45,046 nucleotides of DNA from an uncultured Thermotogae bacterium. GTDB taxonomy: Bacteria; Bipolaricaulota; Bipolaricaulia; M55B111. The notes beneath the pieces were generated by a model. That model was not told the origin of the DNA. It was given only the letters and a program-made list of their open reading frames with translations, and did not search any database. Where the stretch lies: assembly GCA_964645955.1 (NCBI GenBank), contig CAZYCI010000002.1, forward strand, positions 1-45,046, read 5' to 3'. The position numbers and the translations under genes are program-made. Shown here in pieces: positions 39,021 through 45,046 of the stretch; positions within the stretch are counted from its first letter, which is position 1, and each line of letters opens with the position of its first letter.

Positions 39021-40814
39021 CTATTCTCCCGATTCAACCCAGACGAACTCTGCAAATCCGATAAAGGAGCCAAGCGGGCTAAACCTTTCCGTATTCTTCA
39101 CGTAATCTTCGGTCGCGTAAAGGTATACCTGGTCGGCAGTATAGATCAGCGGTACCTGTTCGGCGGCAATCATCTGCCACTCGTCGTAGTAAGGTCGCCT
39201 GTTTTCGATGCCGATGTGTTTTAGTCCCTGGTTAAAGAGTTCGTCGATCCGTTTCTCCCATTCCACCGGATTTTCGCTCGCGTTCAGGTGCCACATGTGC
39301 AGGCTTCCGTCCGAAGTCCAGACGTTGTTCCCGCTATTCGGTTCGATGGGGTCTCCAATCAAGCCAATTATCACTGCTTCGTAGCTTCCCCCCATAAGCT
39401 GCTGGACCAGAGAATTGAACTGGATCGGATTGAGGGTTACGTCCATACCGATCTCCCTCAGATCCGCCGCAATCGTGTTTCCTATGTCAACTCTCTGCTG
39501 AGCACCTTTATTAGTCCGAATCTCGAAGGAAAGATCGTCACCGTTGGGAAGTTCCCGCACGCCGTCATCGTCCTCGTCGGTCAGACCAAGCTCGTCGAGC
39601 ATGCTCCTTGCCTTGTCCAGGTTATACTCTTCCGGAAAAGCTTCCCCGGCTTCCTCGTTGTAATAGGGTGAAAGCTTTGACATCGGACTATCCTGGGTCA
39701 CGGCAAGCCCGTTAAATACGTTTTCTATGATGCTCGGTCGATCCACCGCATGAGATACGGCGCGGCGGAATTTCTTTTCTCTGAAAACTTCAGCTAAAGC
39801 TTCCTTCTCCGTATCCCAGTTGAGGGAAAGAAAGTCAGTGCCGGCCGGAGCACCGCGCGGACCGTCCTTGACCATTACGTTCCAGCCTTCCTTCTTTTCG
39901 TTCTTCAACAACATGGGTATTTTGGATGCAGCCGGACCGTATACGTCCGTCTCGTGGGACTGGAATTTAAGAGCCTGGGCGTCTGTGTCTTCGACCTTTA
40001 ATATCGTGTATTCGTCGATGTACGGTAACTGAACGCCGTTCGGACCCCTCATGAAGTAGTAAGGGTTCCGCTCAAGCGTCAACTTCTGCTCCGGTACGTA
40101 TTCCTTGACCCGGAACGGACCGGCACCAACGATTTCCTCCGGGTTTTCCTTTGCTACTTCCTGACCCCAGGCACTGTTGAACTCCTCCGCGGTAACGCCT
40201 TCGAACTTGTGCTTGGGATAAATCATCACGCCACCGACCGTCCTGATAAAGGGGCCAAAGACTGTAGGGGTCTTAAATTGAACCGTGTATTTATCTATTT
40301 TCGTCACTTCGGGTAGCTCTCCGTCGATCGTGAGCAGGTCCCGCATGTCGGCTTCGATCTTCTCATTTGCTACTAGTTCGTTAAAAGTAAATACCACGTC
40401 GTCTGCCGTCAGGGGCTCGCCGTCGGAGAACTTGAGACCTTCCCTCAGGTGGAAAGTATAGGTCTTTTTGTCATCGGAGATCTCCCAGTCCTTGGCCAGA
40501 GCCGGAACCAGTCTACCGGTGGAAGGACTGATGTCAGTCAAGCCTGCCATCAGGTTTTCCGTGACGTCAGTGGTCGAAGTCTCGCTTGCTACCATGTTAT
40601 TAAAGGTTTTTGGCAGGGAAATGGACGCGTAAGTAATGGAACCACCGGGTAGTCCCGGTTCCAGCTCACCCAGACCCCAGTCCTTGTCTTCCATACCGAT
40701 CGGAACAACCAGTTCGTCCTCTGGCAGGTTGGCCTCTCGTCCAAGACCTACCAGCGCAAAGCCCGAAAGCACCAGCATCACGGCTAAACTCAGGACCAAA
40801 GATTTCTTAAACAT
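39021..40814 (-). CDS. oppA: Family-5 (Opp/Dpp-type) substrate-binding protein, locus 2
   Basis: 597 aa. It has a signal peptide without a lipobox. The SBP_bac_5-like blocks are LAKDWEISDDKKTYTFHLREGLKFSDGEPLTADDVVFTF and NPYYF. GAGGAGG RBS. Confidence 0.8.
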   Translation of the reverse strand: MFKKSLVLSLAVMLVLSGFALVGLGREANLPEDELVVPIGMEDKDWGLGELEPGLPGGSITYASISLPKTFNNMVASETSTTDVTENLMAGLTDISPSTGRLVPALAKDWEISDDKKTYTFHLREGLKFSDGEPLTADDVVFTFNELVANEKIEADMRDLLTIDGELPEVTKIDKYTVQFKTPTVFGPFIRTVGGVMIYPKHKFEGVTAEEFNSAWGQEVAKENPEEIVGAGPFRVKEYVPEQKLTLERNPYYFMRGPNGVQLPYIDEYTILKVEDTDAQALKFQSHETDVYGPAASKIPMLLKNEKKEGWNVMVKDGPRGAPAGTDFLSLNWDTEKEALAEVFREKKFRRAVSHAVDRPSIIENVFNGLAVTQDSPMSKLSPYYNEEAGEAFPEEYNLDKARSMLDELGLTDEDDDGVRELPNGDDLSFEIRTNKGAQQRVDIGNTIAADLREIGMDVTLNPIQFNSLVQQLMGGSYEAVIIGLIGDPIEPNSGNNVWTSDGSLHMWHLNASENPVEWEKRIDELFNQGLKHIGIENRRPYYDEWQMIAAEQVPLIYTADQVYLYATEDYVKNTERFSPLGSFIGFAEFVWVESGE

Positions 40815-40940
40815 TTATACCTCCTCGTAATAAAACTGAATCGACTATGACAATAAATCTTTTGAAAAATAAAAATAAGCTAAATTAACCCTAATCTCAC
40901 CATTCAATAACAACTAAAATTAAGGACCCTACCACCCCCA

Positions 40941-40960
40941 AAATGCACAAAAATGCACAA
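40941..40960. repeat. Perfect tandem 10-mer AAATGCACAA x2 upstream of oppA2
   Basis: Identical copies at 40941-40950 and 40951-40960, about 130 nt upstream of the oppA2 start codon. Confidence 0.85.
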
Positions 40961-41129
40961 TTTGAAAACCCTGAATAAATACTTCTTTACTGGGTTTTCT
41001 TAAGTTATACTAAGGAAATTGGAAAAGGACCACAAACAATTTCAGGGGGATAATTGACTATTATTAGGTAGCTCTTCTTCCCTTTTCTTAATATTTGATT
41101 TAATAATCCCCCAATTAAAATCTCCAGGG

Positions 41130-41849
41130 TTATTCCTTTTCGGATGAATCTCCGCCGTAAAGAAGCCCGACAAAGAAAAGAGATATTTCGTAAAGAACTA
41201 CCAGCGGAATCGCCATAAAAGCCTGAGAAAACAAGTCAGTCGGCGTGATAAAAGCCGCGGTAGTGAAAGCGATTAACACTACGTACTTCCTGTTTGCACG
41301 CAGGGTTTCGATTTTGACAAAACCCAGGCGAACCACCAGGTAAATCAGTAGCGGTAGTTCAAATATCAACCCCATGGCAAAGGAAAGGAGGGAGGAAAAG
41401 GTGATATAATTACGGACGGTAAAGCTGGAAACCAGGTTTTCTCCCCCCACTCCGGCAAGGAACCTCACCGTATAAGGAATACCGATCAGAACCGCGAGAG
41501 CGATACCTGCGTAAAAGAGAACCCCTCCCAGGGAGAAGCCAAGACGAAAGAGTCTCGCTTCGTTCTCCAGCAGGGCCGGTAGCACGAACTGCCACATCTG
41601 ATAAAGTAACCACGGGGTGGATAGAATGATCCCCGTTATAATCGCAAGTTTTAGGTAAGTTAAAAAAGCTTCCGTGGGATGAAGGTAAATTAACGATTCT
41701 TCTTTAGAGGCCCTGAGAAGAAGCCCCAAAAGCTCGGTTCTGAAATAGTACGCAGCGCCTGCCAGCAGAACGATCGCACCCAGGGAGCTGATAACCCGAC
41801 TCCTCAGTTCCTCTAGATGCTCCCCGAGCGGACGTTCTTCGTCTTCCAT
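41130..41849 (-). CDS. tatC: Twin-arginine translocase subunit TatC (copy 1)
   Basis: 239 aa with 6 predicted TM segments, the N-terminal HLEELRSRV motif and an HPTEAFLTYLKLA block. Confidence 0.85.
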   Translation of the reverse strand: MEDEERPLGEHLEELRSRVISSLGAIVLLAGAAYYFRTELLGLLLRASKEESLIYLHPTEAFLTYLKLAIITGIILSTPWLLYQMWQFVLPALLENEARLFRLGFSLGGVLFYAGIALAVLIGIPYTVRFLAGVGGENLVSSFTVRNYITFSSLLSFAMGLIFELPLLIYLVVRLGFVKIETLRANRKYVVLIAFTTAAFITPTDLFSQAFMAIPLVVLYEISLFFVGLLYGGDSSEKE

Positions 41850-41867
41850 TCAGTTTCTAAAGGATCC

Positions 41868-42131
41868 TTAACTTTGGGATTCTTCTTCCGAGCTTTCCTC
41901 TTCGGCGCCATCCCCTGAACTCCTATCGGAATCACGATTGCCCGTTTCCGTATCAACATCTATCGCATCCTCGGCTTCGTCGTATTGATCCTGGATCTTC
42001 TGTTTTTCCTTGTTAAACTCTCGTACGCCCTCCCCAAGTGAACGCGCTAGATCGGGCAACTTGTCCCCGCCAAATATTACGAGGATAATTACCAAAATGA
42101 TTATTAGTTCTGTCGGTCCAAGTCCAAACAT
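41868..42131 (-). CDS. tatA: Twin-arginine translocase subunit TatA/E with acidic tail
   Basis: MFGLGPTELIIILVIILVIFGGDKLPDLARSLGEGVREFNK is a canonical TatA TM segment plus amphipathic helix. GGAGGTG RBS. Confidence 0.85.
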   Translation of the reverse strand: MFGLGPTELIIILVIILVIFGGDKLPDLARSLGEGVREFNKEKQKIQDQYDEAEDAIDVDTETGNRDSDRSSGDGAEEESSEEESQS

Positions 42132-42210
42132 GTTGCTTTAACACCTCCGAACTTCCGTGAACAAATCATAACCCATCAGGTGACAAAATGTAATACCCGG
42201 GTGAACTGTA

Positions 42211-42924
42211 TCAATCGGGCTCAGCTATTCCGGCAAGTACTATTGATAAACCGTAAAGCAACAAAAGAGGTCCCCATAAAAACATCTGAGTAATTGGATC
42301 CGGTGGTGTCAGTACGGCCGCCAGGATCGCGGCGGATACAAGCGCTATGCGCCACTGGCTAGTTAAAGTTTTCCGTCTTATAATATTTAACCTCGCCAGC
42401 CCGTACGATATCACGGGCATCTCAAATAGAAAACCAAAAATTAGTGTAAACGCCATTACGAAAGAGGCGTAGTTACCCACGGTAAAGGTCGGGTCCAAAC
42501 TCTCGCCACTTATCCCTCTGAGGAAATCCAGCGCAAAAGGTAGGACGCCGAGCAGGGCAAACCCGGCCCCGGCATAGAAGAAAAAGCTTCCGAATCCAAA
42601 TAGCCCGAACGTGAAACCACGCCCGAAACGCTCGCTTTTATTCAGAAACGGTGAAACAATTTGAATTAACTGATAAAGCAAATAAGGAGCGCTCAACAAG
42701 ACCCCTACGAAAAGAGACAACTTGATGTAGGTAAAGAACGCCTCCGTCGGGTGGATAAATATTAATTCCTTATCCGCCAGCGGCCGCTGCAGGAATTCGA
42801 GGACCCTGTTCCTAAAAACGTATGCCAGGATAGCGAAAGCGACGATTAGAATAAAACTCCTGATAAGCCGCCCTCGAAGGTCCTCGGTCCTTTCCAGTAA
42901 GTCCTGGATAACGCTATCAGACAC
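42211..42924 (-). CDS. tatC: Twin-arginine translocase subunit TatC (copy 2, more divergent N-terminus)
   Basis: 237 aa. HPTEAFFTYIKLS and FEMP blocks parallel copy 1. The N-terminal motif is LLERTEDLRGRL instead of HLxELRxR. GTG start. Confidence 0.8.
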   Translation of the reverse strand: MSDSVIQDLLERTEDLRGRLIRSFILIVAFAILAYVFRNRVLEFLQRPLADKELIFIHPTEAFFTYIKLSLFVGVLLSAPYLLYQLIQIVSPFLNKSERFGRGFTFGLFGFGSFFFYAGAGFALLGVLPFALDFLRGISGESLDPTFTVGNYASFVMAFTLIFGFLFEMPVISYGLARLNIIRRKTLTSQWRIALVSAAILAAVLTPPDPITQMFLWGPLLLLYGLSIVLAGIAEPD

Positions 42925-42968
42925 TGTATTTAAAAGTTCCTGGAATCAATTTATTGAAAATTTAGCGG

Positions 42969-43256
42969 TCAATCTTCCATCTGCTCTTCCAGTTCTTCCT
43001 TGTCCATGTCCAGAGCCTCCGCCACTTCTTCCGTTCCGACGTCCTCTTCGACCTTCTCCGCCAGATCCATAAGTGCTTGCTTATTTACCTGTTCGTCCAG
43101 CCACCGGTCTATCTCGGACTTCCTGATTTTGGTCTGACCGTTTAGCTCCATTGCGTCCAATTCGCCCTTATCGATTAAATCCCTAACGGCCTCGGCTTTC
43201 AAACCGGTATACTGGGCAACGTCCGATACTTTCAGGTAGGCCTCAACTTTACTCAT
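42969..43256 (-). CDS. Small helix-turn-helix DNA-binding protein (excisionase/MerR-like HTH_17) with acidic tail
   Basis: YLKVSDVAQYTGLKAEAVRDLIDKGELDAMELNGQTKIRKSEIDRWL fits the excisionase-family HTH pattern. AGGTGA RBS 4 nt before the ATG. Confidence 0.6.
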   Translation of the reverse strand: MSKVEAYLKVSDVAQYTGLKAEAVRDLIDKGELDAMELNGQTKIRKSEIDRWLDEQVNKQALMDLAEKVEEDVGTEEVAEALDMDKEELEEQMED

Positions 43257-43361
43257 GATATCACCTAAACATATCAGCTATGTAGTATTATCTCACAAAG
43301 CTTACCGGAAAAGTCCCGGTTTTTTAATGGGGGATCAAGAATCGAGTGGGACGAGAGGGGG

Positions 43362-44786
43362 TCAAGAGTTGACCCTCCATTTGGTCCCTCCCTTCTGGTC
43401 CTTGATCTCTATCCCCATTCCTTCTAACTCGGACCTGATCTTATCGGCAAGTTCCCAGCGTTCTTCCTCCCTGAGATCGTTCCGCACTTCAAGCAAAAGC
43501 TCCAGCAATCCTTCCTCGAGACCTTCAAGCCGACCTTCACCCTCGCCCTGAAACAGCCCTAACGGCCGGGAAAGCTCCCTGACCTTATCGGCTGCCTCCT
43601 CCAGCAAGAACAGGTCTTCTTCGGGGCTACTATCACGGAATTTATTACCCCGCTTGATCAAGTCAAAAACCACGCCAAGCCCCCCGGGTGTATTGAAGTC
43701 CTTATCCATTTCTTCAATAAATCGGTCATCCGCCGATTCCACGTAATCTTGAAACTCCTTCCCGCGTTCCGTGCTGGCGGTATTCTTCCCCTCGGAATTA
43801 TTTATTCCTTCTACAGCCTCAAAGAAATCGTAAACCTTCTTCACGGCGCTGGCGGCGTCATTTAGGTTCTTCTCGCTGAAGTTTAGCGGTTTGCGGTAAT
43901 GGGTCGAGAAATAGAAGTAGCGTACAGTCTCGCTGTCGTATTCTTCAAGGACGTCACGCGCGTACTCGAAATTGCCCAGGGACTTTGACATTTTCTCTCC
44001 CTCGAAACGCAGAAGCCCGTTATGGAGCCAGTACCGGGCAAATGGCTTTCCCGTACGGGCCTCCGACTGTGCGATTTCGTTCTCGTGATGAGGAAAAATG
44101 AGGTCCTGTCCTCCGGCGTGGATGTCTACAGTATCCCCCAGCGTTCCCTGAGCCATGACGGAACACTCTATATGCCATCCCGGTCGGCCTTCTCCCCAGG
44201 GACTTTCCCAGCTGGGTTCACCAGGTTTGGCGCTCTTCCACAGTGCAAAGTCCAGTGGGTCTTCCTTTTTATCGTTTACCTCGACCCGGGACCCGCTTTC
44301 CAGATCGTCCACCGATCGGCCGGAGAGCTTTCCGTAATCCTCGAACTTCCTGACCCGGAAATATACGTCGCCCTCGACCTCGTAACCGTAACCTTTATCG
44401 ATCAGCGCGCTCACGTGATCTATTATTTCGTCAACGTATTCCGTCACGCGCGGGCGATAGTCGGCTTCTTTGATTCCCAACCGCTCCAGGTCTTCAAAGT
44501 AGGCATCGGCGTACTTGTTTGCCAGTTCCTCGGGCTCCACCCCTTCTTCCTCAGCCCTATCGATTATCTTATCGTCGAGGTCAGTCACGTTCTGGGTGAA
44601 TTCGACTTCGTAACCTTTGAATTCCAGGTACCGTCTTAACCCATCAAATACTATGAAAGGCCTGGCGTTGCCTATGTGAAAATAATCATAGACGGTGGGA
44701 CCACAGCTATAGAATCTGACCTTTCCTTCTTCCAGAGGCTCGAATCCCTCCGCTTCTCCGGTCAGCGTATTGTAAAGCTCAAGCAT
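43362..44786 (-). CDS. cysS: Cysteine--tRNA ligase
   Basis: CGPTVYDYFHIGNARP (HIGH motif), KMSKSLGN (KMSKS motif), and WHIECS. Confidence 0.95.
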   Translation of the reverse strand: MLELYNTLTGEAEGFEPLEEGKVRFYSCGPTVYDYFHIGNARPFIVFDGLRRYLEFKGYEVEFTQNVTDLDDKIIDRAEEEGVEPEELANKYADAYFEDLERLGIKEADYRPRVTEYVDEIIDHVSALIDKGYGYEVEGDVYFRVRKFEDYGKLSGRSVDDLESGSRVEVNDKKEDPLDFALWKSAKPGEPSWESPWGEGRPGWHIECSVMAQGTLGDTVDIHAGGQDLIFPHHENEIAQSEARTGKPFARYWLHNGLLRFEGEKMSKSLGNFEYARDVLEEYDSETVRYFYFSTHYRKPLNFSEKNLNDAASAVKKVYDFFEAVEGINNSEGKNTASTERGKEFQDYVESADDRFIEEMDKDFNTPGGLGVVFDLIKRGNKFRDSSPEEDLFLLEEAADKVRELSRPLGLFQGEGEGRLEGLEEGLLELLLEVRNDLREEERWELADKIRSELEGMGIEIKDQKGGTKWRVNS

Positions 44787-45046
44787 GTTTTAATAACACC
44801 TTCCCTGAAAATACGGGCCTTAAAATCAGGAATGACGGTCAAAAGGAAATCGTTACAGGATAAACATCCGACTATCGACTATCAATACAAGCTCTCGCGA
44901 TTATATTCATTCGAAACGGGTGTCTCTTACACCCAACCCTTAAACGCTAAGACAGTATAAGCAAGGGGTTTACTGATGACAAGCAGGGTTAGACCATTGA
45001 AGCTGGTAAAAACACGGTTGATTGCTTATACATAAGGGAATGTCAG

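Noticed and set aside
43304-43325. ACCGG-7 nt-CCGGT hairpin followed by TTTTT between cysS and the HTH gene.
   Set aside because: The stem is only 5 bp. The T-tract is on the plus strand, antisense to both flanking genes. It is therefore not a convincing terminator for the cysS transcript.
44787-45046. I expected a T-box leader upstream of cysS. I also noticed the tandem heptamer CGACTAT x2 at 44869-44882.
   Set aside because: I found no AGGGTGGNACCGCG T-box sequence, no specifier-loop architecture and no terminator/antiterminator pair. The heptamer repeat is too short to interpret. The window ends inside this spacer, so upstream elements cannot be seen.
1-45046. I searched by eye for CRISPR repeats, tRNA or rRNA genes, transposases or integrases, toxin-antitoxin pairs and known defence-system genes.
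   Set aside because: I found no regularly spaced repeats of 24 nt or more, no tRNA T-arm/acceptor signatures outside CDSs, and no recombinase, nuclease or defence-type domains. The window looks like core chromosome. Only tRNAscan-SE, Infernal or DefenseFinder runs could fully exclude small or divergent elements.

Overview
This is a 45-kb stretch of a bacterial chromosome. The bacterial assignment rests on bacterial-type L31, S9, KsgA/RsmA, TatA/TatC and CysS, and on GGAGG-type Shine-Dalgarno sites before most genes. I call about 41 protein-coding genes, almost all housekeeping or transport:
- DUF72 and proC.
- A LIV-type branched-chain amino-acid ABC importer: livG-F-H-M plus a convergent binding protein.
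- A COG2984/COG4120/COG1101-type ABC importer.
- DUF1385, rpmE, rpsI and rsmA.
- A PlsC-like acyltransferase and two GT4 glycosyltransferases.
- An S1-domain protein, korDABG and NUDIX in one operon.
- nfnAB.
- A degenerate CoaBC-like gene.
- Two Opp/Dpp-type peptide ABC loci.
- tatC-tatA-tatC.
- A small HTH gene and cysS.

Many proteins carry strongly acidic tails, which suggests a salt-adapted organism (inference). All four binding proteins have Sec-type signal peptides without a lipobox Cys.

I found no rRNA, tRNA, CRISPR array, transposase, integrase or recognisable defence gene. The window therefore looks like core genome, not an accessory island, and I cannot point to a clear novel system. 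The most unusual items are:
1. An Opp-type operon with no ATPase genes that ends in a membrane-anchored protein built from two degenerate peptidase-MA-like repeats around a TPR-like spacer (35023-40814).
2. A promoter-to-terminator module encoding a Tyr-rich 31-codon ORF just upstream of the COG2984-type transporter (7361-7644).
3. A roughly 16% GC island holding a self-contained 42-codon basic-protein gene (15660-16100).
4. A noncoding leader with a perfect 16-bp helix (89-409).
5. A CoaBC homologue lacking the catalytic residues (24017-25237).
6. Two unknown, tightly coupled genes at the tail of the complete opp operon (25326-26355).

All family assignments come from reading motifs by eye and from memory. 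No searches were run.
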